Assembly (NCBI GenBank): GCA_019057795.1
Contig: JAHLWS010000026.1
Coordinates: 1-64,000, forward strand
Reading direction: 5' to 3'
Source of the DNA: Promethearchaeota archaeon
GTDB lineage: Archaea; Asgardarchaeota; Lokiarchaeia; Sigyniarchaeales; SOKP01
DNA: 64,000 bases
Positions 41,646-52,236 of this stretch are shown here, in pieces (the stretch's first letter is position 1; each line of letters opens with the position of its first letter). Below the pieces are notes generated by a model, which saw only the letters and a list, made by a program, of their open reading frames with translations, made no database searches and was not told where the DNA came from. The position numbers were made by a program, and so were the translations under genes.

Positions 41646-42935
41646 ATGTTAAGAAAATTAAGATTAAGGTACAGAGTTCTTCTATTTTTTGTAATATAAT
41701 TGTTATCTTCAAATATTATTATGTTTTTTATATTTAATAACCTTGAATTGATTGATGTCCCTCATGATGCTGACCGAAAGTCTAATGGGAATACATTAAT
41801 AGTATCTGCTTCTTTTTCTGAAATGATAAATCACTTAAATAGAATTGATGATCAACAACCAGTAGAACCGAATAACCCCGCCCATAAAGTATACGAAGTT
41901 GATCCCAATGGAAATATAATCTGGGAATTAAGGGGATTGGCATATCCTCACGAGGTTTTAGAATTACCTAACGGGCATTTATTAATTGCCGACACGGGTT
42001 ATAATAGAGTAATAGAAGTGGATTATCCTAATAAGAGTATAATTTGGAGTTGGGAGCCCGCACAAATAAATTGGACTAAAGTTAATCCTGAATGGGGTTC
42101 AGATCATTATTATAATAATCCTTCAACTTATGATTGGTCCCATCTTAACGATGTGGATTTTAAACAATATAGTACTTGGAATGCGTGTTTGATTTCTATA
42201 AGAAATTTTGATTTGATAATAGAGGTAAATTACACCGCAGATTTTAACGACCCAAATAATCCAGATAATATAATTTGGTGGTATGGTGATTATGAAAACC
42301 ACACTCTCTTATTTAGACAACATAACCCCGATTATTTAGATAGTGGAAATATAATTATCTCTGATTCTGGAAACGATCGAATTATTGAAATTAATTATAC
42401 AACAAAAGAAGTAGTGTGGAAGTTAGACCAAGGATTAAATTGGCCGAGAGACGCTGACGAGTTGGATAATGGAAATATATTGATTACAGATAGTAGTAAT
42501 AGTAGAATTTTAGAGGTTAACAAAGACAGTAAAAAAATTGTGTGGAGTTTTGCTCAAGATTTAATTATTCCTTACGAAGCAGATTTAATAGATAATGGAA
42601 ATATCTTAATTAGTAGTGCTTATAACGGAATAATTTTAGAGGTAAATAGAAATGGAATTATTGTATGGAAGTATGGTTTTTCTATAGTAAAATCCCTAAT
42701 TTACCTTAATTTAATCATTTTAATTGCAATTTCTTCAATTGTTCTTTATTATAGGTACGAAAAAATTAAACATTATAAGAGAGCTTCTAAAAAAATTAAA
42801 AAATTAGATTATTCTATTCTCATAACCTTTTGTTCTTTCCTAATAATAGGGATTTTGATGTTAATCTTCTATAGCCAAATTTTAGCTGCAGTTGCAAGGT
42901 TTGCCTATTTATCGTTAGGAGCAGAATCCTTTTGA
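41646..42935 (+). CDS. Membrane-anchored arylsulfotransferase-like beta-propeller; in-frame TAA (41697-41699) within the N-terminal signal/anchor
   Basis: DWSHLNDVD, ISIRN, QHNP, WPRDAD; MLRKLRLRYRVLLFFVI*LLSSN in one frame. Confidence 0.7.
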
Positions 42936-42939
42936 ATTA

Positions 42940-43290
42940 TCAAAATGTAATTATTGTAAATCCTTTTTTAATGTAACTGGCCATACTAGGATGCCCCATT
43001 AGTTCGTCGCAGAGGGGAAAGCCTAGTTTCTCCACTTCATCTAAAGATCCCATTTTATTACAACACGCTTTGCAGAAACAATCTATTAGTCCTGAATCTT
43101 TTAAATCTTGATAAAGCTTAAAGAAAGGATTCTCCTTGTTTTCGAATTGCTACGCTAATTTCGTAGCTGATCCTTCGACGATTACTTTTACTTCAAATCC
43201 TTTTTTGTCAAGATCTAATGCGTTCAATACTACGTGAATAAAACACATAGGATCTCCATTAAACGCAAATAACGCGAATTTTTCTCCCAT
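42940..43290 (-). pseudogene. DsrE/F-like protein with in-frame TAG at codon 47 (43150-43152); absent from ORF track
   Basis: MGEKFALFAFNGDPMCFIHVVLNALDL...VIVEGSATKLA*QFE...CFCKACC...GHPSMASYIKKGFTIITF. Confidence 0.8.
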
Positions 43291-43362
43291 TTTTGCCACT
43301 TTTTTTCAATTGTTGTTTAATTTTATGTTAAGATGAATAAAATTGAATAAAAACCTTTATAT

Positions 43363-44172
43363 TTAGGTTTTTAAGTTAAAATTTAGCCTTCCATTACACA
43401 ATTCGATGGCTTTTGGATTATTATCGACTCCAATCCATTTTCGGTTTAACTTTTTAGCCATAGCTATCGTTGTTCCAGAGCCACAGAAAAAATCAGCAAC
43501 GATTTCTCCTTCATTTGAAGATGCTAAAATTATTCGTTCGAGCAATTTTCCCGGTTTCTGAGTAGGATAACCTAAATATTCCTTCGATCTCGTAGTCGTT
43601 TGGAAAGAATAAATATCGTTCCACACGTCACCAACTAATGTTCCGGGTTTTTCGTCTAAATATTGCCTACCTCCTCGGCGTTTTCGATACAATCGTCCAT
43701 TTTCGTCTTTATATCTAAACATTTTTTTAACATATTCTTCTCGATATGGTAAATATTGTTTATGAAAAGTGAAAATAGAAGATTTCGTGTAATAAAAGAT
43801 TGTATCGTGCTGGCGTACCCAACCATTTACTTGGCTTTTAAATCCCGAAACGCTTCCCACATTCCAAATGATTTCTCTTCGAAAATTTTTTCGTCCAAAA
43901 ATTTCATCACAAATAGGTTTCAAGTCAAATTTTGCGTTTGTATCGCAATGTAAATAAAAACTACCTTTTTCTTTAAGGATACGATACATTTCTTTAATTC
44001 TTAATTTCATAAAATCTAAATATTCATCTAAAGATTTCCATAAATCAGAAAAATCCTTGTAATCAACGCCACTATAAAAAGGAGGGTCAATATAGATAAG
44101 ATCGATTATTTCTGATTCCAGTTTTCTCATAAATTCTAAGTTTTCTGCGAGATAGACAATATTTAACTTCAT
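43363..44172 (-). CDS. N4-C/N6-A DNA methyltransferase (beta class)
   Basis: YIDPPF precedes YPTQKP and DFFCGSGTT. Confidence 0.9.
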   Translation of the reverse strand: MKLNIVYLAENLEFMRKLESEIIDLIYIDPPFYSGVDYKDFSDLWKSLDEYLDFMKLRIKEMYRILKEKGSFYLHCDTNAKFDLKPICDEIFGRKNFRREIIWNVGSVSGFKSQVNGWVRQHDTIFYYTKSSIFTFHKQYLPYREEYVKKMFRYKDENGRLYRKRRGGRQYLDEKPGTLVGDVWNDIYSFQTTTRSKEYLGYPTQKPGKLLERIILASSNEGEIVADFFCGSGTTIAMAKKLNRKWIGVDNNPKAIELCNGRLNFNLKT

Positions 44173-44189
44173 GCGAGAATTAAATAGGA

Positions 44190-44594
44190 ATGAATATTAA
44201 TACAATTATGATAAAAAAAGAACGGTTAAATAAGAATTTCTTGGATGAGTTCCAAGATTACGATTTTTCAAAAATAAATGAAAAGAAAATCTTTTTAGTA
44301 GGTTCCATGCGATTTAAGGATTATTTTATTAAGATCGAGTCAATTTTACAGATTAAATATAAAAAACTTGTCGAAATCTGTTCGGTTGACGGATTATTAA
44401 ATAAAGAAAGATTTTCGGTGGAAGAATGGGATAATCTCCAAGAGGTTGCCCTAAGGAAACTACGCGATCAAGACGCAATTTTAGTACTTGATGTCAATAA
44501 ATATATTGGAGATCAATCAAAAGAAGAAATTGAATATTTTCAAGTAAAACTAAAAAAGCCAGTATATTATTTTTCCAAACTTAAATTAAATTAA
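44190..44594 (+). CDS. Hypothetical protein, nucleoside 2-deoxyribosyltransferase-like fold
   Basis: IFLVGSMRF...DAILVLD...YIG..SKEEIEY. Confidence 0.45.
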   Translation: MNINTIMIKKERLNKNFLDEFQDYDFSKINEKKIFLVGSMRFKDYFIKIESILQIKYKKLVEICSVDGLLNKERFSVEEWDNLQEVALRKLRDQDAILVLDVNKYIGDQSKEEIEYFQVKLKKPVYYFSKLKLN

Positions 44595-44760
44595 TTTTTA
44601 ATTTTCATTTTATCAAGGAATCTCCGCCTATTCAATAAATAAGTCCCTTAAAAATCAATAATTTGGTGAAGTCGGGATATTTTAAAGGATAGATTAAATT
44701 TTAGACATAAGTAGATCGATTGAAAAATTTAACGATAAAAACTAAGGGTTATAACCAAAA

Positions 44761-45768
44761 ATGGAATTGTTCCAAGTTTTTTGGGACGAACAAAGGAAAT
44801 TGTTTTTAGAATTTAAAAAAAACGATGAAGAACAAGTTCAATTTCTTCCAGATAAGATTAAACGATTGAATTTCCAGTTTGAAATATCTAAGATTGTTAA
44901 ACAAGAGATTTATTACAAGCAATCTCCATCGCTAATTTCAATAAAAAAGATTTATCACTCAAACGAGCTTCTCTGTTTTACAATTGAATTAGATGAAATT
45001 CAGGGTTATACAGATATCCAGATTAAAGTTTTAAAACTAACGATATATCTATATTCTGGGCACCGAATCGAGTATATATTTTCAGAGAAATTTAACATAT
45101 TAGACATTGGGATTAACGACGATTGCTACGATGGTTTTCAATTTATAGATCTAAGTTTAGGTAAAGGTCAAAAAAGAAAAGTCACTCAAGAAAGAGTAAT
45201 ACAATCGATTAAGACGGATTACAACCAAAATAAAGAAGAAAGAACAATAATTTACGAAAAAAAGAGTATTGAGAGTATTTCTGCTGATCAAGCTAATCAA
45301 TCTGTAATTTCAATGATGAAAGAGAGCAACGAGACTTTAAAAAACATAGAGCTATATTTAAAAAATCTCTCCTTAACCATGCAAAATATGCCAGTTAGTC
45401 CTATATCTTACGGACCGCCAGTACGCACGCCCCAAAGAATTTCGGGACCTGGTATCGAAAGAATTAAAAGATCCGAATTACCTTCATTGATACAAAGCCG
45501 AGGATCATCAGCAAAACTTTTAGTGATAAAAGAGATGAAAACAAAATTCAGAGAAATCACAGAGAAAAACAAAGGATTTAGTGTTACAGATATTTTAAAA
45601 CCAATGAGCGAGGATGAACTTAAAGCTATCGTATTGAGCGATGAGGAATTAAAGAAAAAGGAAGAAATCACAATCAATAACCAAATTAAAAGATTTAAAA
45701 AAAAGCAAGAACTAAAAGAACAAAAAGAAAAAAAAATCAAACTGAAAAAATTAAATAAACCAAAATAA
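44761..45768 (+). CDS. Hypothetical protein
   Basis: 335-aa ORF; Pro-rich linker, charged tail. Confidence 0.6.
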   Translation: MELFQVFWDEQRKLFLEFKKNDEEQVQFLPDKIKRLNFQFEISKIVKQEIYYKQSPSLISIKKIYHSNELLCFTIELDEIQGYTDIQIKVLKLTIYLYSGHRIEYIFSEKFNILDIGINDDCYDGFQFIDLSLGKGQKRKVTQERVIQSIKTDYNQNKEERTIIYEKKSIESISADQANQSVISMMKESNETLKNIELYLKNLSLTMQNMPVSPISYGPPVRTPQRISGPGIERIKRSELPSLIQSRGSSAKLLVIKEMKTKFREITEKNKGFSVTDILKPMSEDELKAIVLSDEELKKKEEITINNQIKRFKKKQELKEQKEKKIKLKKLNKPK

Positions 45769-45910
45769 GCTATTAATGAATACTGAACTCACTTTTTTTA
45801 ACCCTATCCCTAATATTCATTCGTAGTGTTCATTATTAGTTTTATTATGAATCTTTAATTATCTTTGATTATTTAAATATTAATGAGGAAAGAAAACTTA
45901 TTAGAGGTCG

Positions 45911-46693
45911 ATTAATTTTTTATTAAATTACTTTATTGGTACCGCTGGAAGCGGAAAAAGTACTTTAACAGGATTATTTAAAGAGTATGTTCTTACTAGA
46001 AATCCTGATATTTCGGCTATTACTTTAAACTTGGACCCTGGCGTTAAAAGAATGCCTTATACTCCCGATATAGATATAAGAGACTACATCGTTCTTGAAG
46101 AAGTAATGGATAAATATGAGTTAGGGCCAAACGGAGCCATGATCTTAGCTTCTGATTTAATGGTTAACTTTCTAGACGATTTAAAGTACGAAATTGACGA
46201 ATACAATCCAGATTGGGTATTTGTAGATACTGCTGGGCAGCTCGAACTGTTTGCTTTTAGGGAAACGGGACCTTTAATTGCAAGTTCATTAGGTTTTGGA
46301 TCAATTCAAAAGGCAGTTTCTTTTCTTTTTGATTCAAACTTAGTCCTTAGACCTAATGGATTCATCTCTACACTACTTTTAGCGGCCTCAGTACAATTTA
46401 GGTTTAGAAATATTTCCCAAATTAATGTTTTATCCAAGGTTGATCTATTAGGCGAAGATCAAATCGATATGATTGTTAATTGGAGTCAAGACTTTCGAGC
46501 GTTAGAGGATTCCACTAATGAAAGAGAAAGTGGTTTAATAAGGGAGTTATCTATGTTAATCTCAGAAGTATTCGTTCAATTAGGCTCCACTTCAGAGTTG
46601 ATTCCCTGCTCAAATAAAGAAGAATACGGGCTCGACCTATTATTTGCCTATTTACAAAGAATTTTCAATTCGGATGAGTCAAAGTTTTATTAA
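45911..46693 (+). CDS. GPN-loop GTPase (probable ATT start)
   Basis: Walker A GTAGSGKST lies in frame upstream of the track start; NLDP, LGPNG, DTAGQLE. Confidence 0.88.
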   Translation: MNFLLNYFIGTAGSGKSTLTGLFKEYVLTRNPDISAITLNLDPGVKRMPYTPDIDIRDYIVLEEVMDKYELGPNGAMILASDLMVNFLDDLKYEIDEYNPDWVFVDTAGQLELFAFRETGPLIASSLGFGSIQKAVSFLFDSNLVLRPNGFISTLLLAASVQFRFRNISQINVLSKVDLLGEDQIDMIVNWSQDFRALEDSTNERESGLIRELSMLISEVFVQLGSTSELIPCSNKEEYGLDLLFAYLQRIFNSDESKFY

Positions 46694-46748
46694 ATTAAAT
46701 GATTAATAACACTAAATAAATTAAAAAGACTATATTTCAAATTAAAAT

Positions 46749-47846
46749 ATGAAAATTATTGGTCCATGTGCAGGTATTGGTTCGAGATTACGCCCATTTA
46801 CCTTAAGCAAACCTAAAGCGTTCATAAATGTTGCTGGTAAGACGGTGTTAGAACACATCCTTAATAAGATTAACGACACTTTTGATTCAAAAACGGAATT
46901 AATTTTAATTGTAGGATATAAGAAAAGACAAATAATAGAATTCGTTAAACAAAAGTATAGCGATAAGTTTCGGTTAACTTTTATCGAGCAGATACCTAGA
47001 GGTTATAATGACGACATCCCCTTTTATTGGGGCTTAGGTGAAGCCGTATATTTAGCTAATTCAAGGTTTGAAAAAAAAAAATACGCAAGTAAAGAAGCTG
47101 ATAAACGGGAAGGATCGTTAATCTTCTTATCAGACATGATTCCAATTGACGAATATTCTTACTTAATGTATCGATATTACGAATCTGATATAGATGGAAT
47201 TATTACAGTAATGGAAGTCCCAAAAGAAAATGCAAGCTCTTATGGTGTTGTTGTTGTAGATGATAATTCCCTTATTCAAAAATTAGTTGAGAAACCAAAA
47301 GAATTTGTATCCAATTTAGCTATAGCTGGTATATACGCATTTTCTAACTCTGCAACCCAAGCTCTCTTTGATAATTTAAAAATATACTTAGATAAAAGAG
47401 TGGACAGCGCTAAAGAGGTTTATTTAACCGAAAGTTTACAAGATTTAATCGATAGCGGATTCAAAATCGCAGCAGTTAAGCTAAAAAAAGGAATATTGGA
47501 TTTTGGAAGACCTTCTGAAGTGTTGAACGGTAACAAATATCTTTTAGACCAAAAATCGGTCAATATCGAAGATTTTCAAGAACTAAATATCGTTTCTGAA
47601 AGGTCGTTCATAAAAGGTCCAGTATATATAGGGAAGAATACCAACATTTCTTATTCCGTTGTTGGACCATATGTATCTATTGGTTGCGATTCTAATATTG
47701 AAAATTGTATTCTAGAAAATTGCGTTATTGAAAAGAATGCAACTTTGAAAAATGTGATTACTGAGAGTTCAATCATAGGAAGTAATGTAAGAGTAGAAAA
47801 TATTACTAAAAATAATTTAATTATTGGAGACAAAAGTATTTATTGA
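46749..47846 (+). CDS. Sugar-1-phosphate nucleotidyltransferase with left-handed beta-helix
   Basis: AGIGSRLRP.T..KPK, EKP, hexapeptide C-terminus. Confidence 0.88.
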   Translation: MKIIGPCAGIGSRLRPFTLSKPKAFINVAGKTVLEHILNKINDTFDSKTELILIVGYKKRQIIEFVKQKYSDKFRLTFIEQIPRGYNDDIPFYWGLGEAVYLANSRFEKKKYASKEADKREGSLIFLSDMIPIDEYSYLMYRYYESDIDGIITVMEVPKENASSYGVVVVDDNSLIQKLVEKPKEFVSNLAIAGIYAFSNSATQALFDNLKIYLDKRVDSAKEVYLTESLQDLIDSGFKIAAVKLKKGILDFGRPSEVLNGNKYLLDQKSVNIEDFQELNIVSERSFIKGPVYIGKNTNISYSVVGPYVSIGCDSNIENCILENCVIEKNATLKNVITESSIIGSNVRVENITKNNLIIGDKSIY

Positions 47847-47892
47847 TAAAAAATAAAAAAAATATAAAATAAAATAAAATAAAATAATAATC

Positions 47893-49242
47893 ATGCCGTA
47901 TAATATAGCGTTTGATGTGGCCCACAAGCCGCGTGGAAAGTTAGACGAGAATCTAACGGAATTACGAGACTTCTTAAATGCGAACGATTATGTTTGTTAT
48001 AATTTCTTAGAAGCGCCGATTACCCGAAATTCTTTAAAATCTTTTGATATTTTAGTGTTTGTTTGCCCTGATTTTACAAAAATTTCTTCGATGGAAATAA
48101 CTGAAATTAACAGTTGGGTTAGAGAAGATGGTGGCGGGTTATTGATGATGTCGCATGCGGGGGGCGATAGAGGAAGAAATAGTAACTTAAGCGAAGTAAG
48201 TCAATCATTTGGAATCGTATTTGAAAACGATCAAGTACTAGATAAAACTTATAATTTAGGCTTGGAAAATATGCCTATAGTTACAGCCTTTATTCCACCA
48301 CATCCAATTACAAATGGTATTAGTTCATTATGCTTTAGATCTGGATGCTCGCTTTCGTTATTAGGTAATTCTATTTCTATTGTTTCTTCAAATGAAACCT
48401 CAGAACCTTTTTCTACTCCCTTAATTTGTGTTGCTGAACCAGATAAAGGAAGGGTATGTGCTATAGGAAGTTACGAATTGTTTAGAGACAGAGTTGGAGG
48501 GGGTTTTGGTAACGACGAGCATCCAAATTTAGCGTTTAATATATTTTCATGGTTAGTTTCAGATTATAGAATGGAATTGCATTCGAGTGGTGCTATCCTC
48601 GAGATTGCTCCTCAAGAGGCAACTTCTACAAAACAAACAATGGACTACCAAGCGCCACCAATTAGTTCTGAAATAACTGAAAGGAAAAAAGTAGATATCA
48701 GTTTTTCTATGAAAATATCTAAAAAAAGTGAATTAATCGATTTACTAAAGATTTTTCAAAATCAAATTGATACGATAAAGACTACAATCGACAAATTAAT
48801 TAGAACAGTTGCTTCTTCGGAGACCTCGATAACAGAATTGACTGAACCCCCATCTAATAAAATTGAAAAAACAACAAATGATGGTTTAGACGAATCATTA
48901 ACCTCAAATGAACCACTAACCGATCTACCCAAAAGACCTGAGGTTTTGGACCAAAAAGAGGACGAATATTTTATTGGACTGCCAAGACTCGATGTATCCG
49001 ATAAATTAAAGCCTGCTCCAAAACCCCAAACTAAAAAGAAAGTTAAAAAGAAAGATTTAATAGCCGAAAAGAAGGGACTAGAAAGTAAACTTAATTCGGT
49101 TCGAAACTTACTTGATTTTGTAGAAAAAAAATATAAAGCTGGACAAATGGATAAGAAATCTTACGAAAAACGGGCTGGTCAACTGAAGAATGATTTGAAG
49201 GCAACTAAAAACAAAATTGAAGCCATTGATAAACAACTATAA
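47893..49242 (+). CDS. GIFT/DUF4350 (IFT52/GldG-like) domain protein with C-terminal coiled coil
   Basis: IAFDVAH, GGGLLM, N....FGIVFEND.V, HPITNGI, GRVCAIGS, N.FSWL. Confidence 0.65.
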   Translation: MPYNIAFDVAHKPRGKLDENLTELRDFLNANDYVCYNFLEAPITRNSLKSFDILVFVCPDFTKISSMEITEINSWVREDGGGLLMMSHAGGDRGRNSNLSEVSQSFGIVFENDQVLDKTYNLGLENMPIVTAFIPPHPITNGISSLCFRSGCSLSLLGNSISIVSSNETSEPFSTPLICVAEPDKGRVCAIGSYELFRDRVGGGFGNDEHPNLAFNIFSWLVSDYRMELHSSGAILEIAPQEATSTKQTMDYQAPPISSEITERKKVDISFSMKISKKSELIDLLKIFQNQIDTIKTTIDKLIRTVASSETSITELTEPPSNKIEKTTNDGLDESLTSNEPLTDLPKRPEVLDQKEDEYFIGLPRLDVSDKLKPAPKPQTKKKVKKKDLIAEKKGLESKLNSVRNLLDFVEKKYKAGQMDKKSYEKRAGQLKNDLKATKNKIEAIDKQL

Positions 49243-49273
49243 AATGCAAAGTAAGGTTTATATTCATTAAATT

Positions 49274-50596
49274 CTAACTTTTTGGCTTAAATTCGTCAGG
49301 AACATATGGTTGAGCGTATTTATTTACAATTTCGAAGAACTCTTTATCCCCCACTCCTTTTGTAACTTTCTCTAGTTCTTGCTTTATTATCTTAAACGAC
49401 TTTCTTAATTCCTTTTTAGACGTCTCCTCGTGTTTCTTTTTCACTTCTAAAACAATTCGCTTAATAATATCTTCTGGAATATCTAAATCTAAAACCTTAA
49501 TTTTTTGTTGTAGTGCGTTTAGTACTGATTTAGACCCTGAAAATTTTCCTAAATAGAATTTTCTTCTTCTACCTACTATATGGGGGTTGATTGGTTCATA
49601 AGTTAATGGGTGTGCTAAAATTGCAGCAATGTGAAGTCCGCTTTCGTGACTAAAAGCGTGTTCACCAACTATGGCCTTGTTTAAGGCTAGTGGTTGGCAA
49701 AAATATTTCTCGCAAATTTCGCTTAATTCTGGTAATTTTGTCAAATCTATACCGGTTTTAATACCTATCCGTTCAAGATTCGTAGCAACCTCTTCTAAAG
49801 CGGCATTTCCTGCTCTTTCGCCGTAACCATTTATACATGTATGTGGATAAGTGCATCCCTCAAACACGCCAACAATAGTATTAGCAACCGCTAAGCCAAA
49901 ATCGTTGTGCGTGTGAATACCCATTGGAATTTTTTTCTTTAGTGGTTTTATAACTTCTTTTTTTATTCGCTTAATCAAATACGAAGTAGAATCGGGCGTT
50001 AAAACACCCACTGTGTCTCCAAGAACGATCCTTTCTGCCCCAGCTTCTATTGCTGTTTTGAAAACATTTACCAAATGATTAAAATCGCATCTAGTGCCAT
50101 CTTCTGAAACCCAATTGACTCTAAATCCGTTGTTTCTCGCGTAATGAATGGCTTCTTCTATCATCTCTAGTTGCTGTTCAGGTGTTTGCTTTAAAGTTTT
50201 CCTAAAAATTGGAGAAATTGGCATGAAAATAACGATTTCTTTAAGATCTACATCGATACACGCATTAATATCTTCCTTCTTTGGACGAGCAATTCCAAGG
50301 ATAGTAGCATGTTTACAATTTTCATTTACTATCGCTTTAACGATTTTCTTTTCGGTTTTTGAGACTGCTGGAAACCCAACTGCGATTAATTTAACTCCTA
50401 TCTCGTCCATTAATTTTGTTAAATGGATTTTTTCATCTAATGTAAGATAAACGGTAGGACTTTGCTCTCCATCTCTCAATGTTTCGTCCCAGATACAGAC
50501 TTTTGAGGGAAGATCAAGTTTTTGCTCTTTTAAAGCAATTTTATTATAATCAATTAAAAGTTCTTCTAATTCCTCTTTTGTAAATTTATAGCTCAT
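49274..50596 (-). CDS. Homocitrate/isopropylmalate synthase family (DRE-TIM), no LeuA regulatory domain
   Basis: DETLRDGEQ, HTHNDFG, GERAGNA, HESGLH. Confidence 0.88.
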   Translation of the reverse strand: MSYKFTKEELEELLIDYNKIALKEQKLDLPSKVCIWDETLRDGEQSPTVYLTLDEKIHLTKLMDEIGVKLIAVGFPAVSKTEKKIVKAIVNENCKHATILGIARPKKEDINACIDVDLKEIVIFMPISPIFRKTLKQTPEQQLEMIEEAIHYARNNGFRVNWVSEDGTRCDFNHLVNVFKTAIEAGAERIVLGDTVGVLTPDSTSYLIKRIKKEVIKPLKKKIPMGIHTHNDFGLAVANTIVGVFEGCTYPHTCINGYGERAGNAALEEVATNLERIGIKTGIDLTKLPELSEICEKYFCQPLALNKAIVGEHAFSHESGLHIAAILAHPLTYEPINPHIVGRRRKFYLGKFSGSKSVLNALQQKIKVLDLDIPEDIIKRIVLEVKKKHEETSKKELRKSFKIIKQELEKVTKGVGDKEFFEIVNKYAQPYVPDEFKPKS

Positions 50597-50785
50597 CTTT
50601 GATTACTAGTGGGGGTCAATTTATTAATAGTAAAAATTATCTAAAACAAATAAAATTGTTTATTGATTTTTAAGAAGAAAAAGATTATTTTTAATTTCTT
50701 TTCATAGAACTATTAATAAAAGCAAAAATAAGTTAAAATTATTTTTTTCGATAAATAATAAAAATGTAGTATAATTTTGTTCTTT

Positions 50786-51283
50786 TTAAGTGTGCTCACA
50801 CCCACACCCACATTCATGCGTGCCAGGTGGATCTGGTTCGCAACCTATTTCTAGAATTTTAATTTTAAAGATTAGCGTTTTTCCTGCCATTGGGTGGTTC
50901 ATATCAAGGGTTACAAACTCGCCATCGACCTCCTTAATCCAGACCACAGATTGTGCCCCGTTAGCATCAAATGCGTTCAACATCATCCCCGGTTCAGGAT
51001 CAATATCTTTTGGAAGTTGATCTTTTGAAATAGTTTGAATTAATTGTGGATCGACCTCACCATAAGCTTCAGAAGCTTTTATAGTAATAGTAAATTCATC
51101 TCCAACATCCTTACCCATAACCGCGTTATCAAAACCTCGAATTAATAAACCAATACCAACTTCAAATTTCATTGGTTTTCCTCCTTGAAGTTCCGTACTA
51201 TCAAATATCGTTCGATCTTCTAATCGCCCTTCGTATTCTACCTTAATTATATCGCCCTTCTTAATAACCATTTTAGATTCCAA
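50786..51283 (-). CDS. slyD: FKBP-type PPIase (SlyD-like)
   Basis: VEYEG, FDS, EAYG, DMNHPMAGKTL; Cys/His tail. Confidence 0.88.
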   Translation of the reverse strand: MESKMVIKKGDIIKVEYEGRLEDRTIFDSTELQGGKPMKFEVGIGLLIRGFDNAVMGKDVGDEFTITIKASEAYGEVDPQLIQTISKDQLPKDIDPEPGMMLNAFDANGAQSVVWIKEVDGEFVTLDMNHPMAGKTLIFKIKILEIGCEPDPPGTHECGCGCEHT

Positions 51284-51480
51284 CTTTTTAGATATTAATA
51301 AAATAATGGAAATAATGTTTATTACTTAATGGTTTATTTTTTAAAAATTCTAATTTTAAAAATGGGAGAAATTTATCAAATAAAGAAATAGTAATAAAGT
51401 GGCTACTGCTGTAATTGTATTTCTAATTATTGGTTTTCGCCTATTACAAAAACATATAATTCTGAAAGAACTGATTTCAT

Positions 51481-51921
51481 TTATTTTATAATATCTGTTA
51501 TAAAACAAGTTTCCATAATTTTAACTCCTTTGATTACAGATATTTTCTCTTCAATTAAAGGGTTAAACTGTTCAATAGTAGGAATCTCTACTTTTATAAA
51601 AAGACCACAATTTCCACTTAAGCGCCAAATATCTGTAATCTCTTCAATTGCTTTTAATTCTTTCATTATATTTTTCATCTCCTTAAAATCAGGTTCAATT
51701 TTAACAGTGGCTCTAGTTTGTGGTTTAGAATTTGTACTATATTCTATAGTAAAACTTTTTATTATGCCATCCTCCTTCAACTTATTAACCCGCCTTCGAA
51801 CCGTAGCTTCTGTTTTTCCTACTCGCTCAGAAATGTCTCTAAATGATATTCTACTATTTTCCTTCAATTCTTCTAAGATTTTTTCATCGATTGCGTCCAA
51901 TTTAATTTTCAACCTCTTCAA
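51481..51921 (-). CDS. Lrp/AsnC family transcriptional regulator
   Basis: LDAIDEKIL..L..NSR, TVRRRVNKL..GII. Confidence 0.9.
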   Translation of the reverse strand: MKRLKIKLDAIDEKILEELKENSRISFRDISERVGKTEATVRRRVNKLKEDGIIKSFTIEYSTNSKPQTRATVKIEPDFKEMKNIMKELKAIEEITDIWRLSGNCGLFIKVEIPTIEQFNPLIEEKISVIKGVKIMETCFITDIIK

Positions 51922-52236
51922 AATATATTTAATATTTTACTAAAATGATCTATTTTATATATTAATTGTGATATTTAGTTAATTATTTTTTAGCTTTTTA
52001 GTATTTAAATTTTTATTTTTTATTTGAATCTTTCGAAAAAAAGCGATTTTGGTCGATATGTATTATATTTATATAATAATTTGAAAATTGATATTGTTAA
52101 AATAATCAAATATTTAGCATATTATTACCAAATTAATAATTTTACAATTTTTTTATCACAACTCTCAAATACATAGACATCTATAACTATTCATATTACC
52201 ACTATCAAGATAAACATTAATTTTTAAAAAAAATAT

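Noticed and set aside
51300-51480. Short hydrophobic reading fragment (NKVATAVIVFLIIG)
   Set aside because: No coherent start/stop; cannot be supported as a gene.
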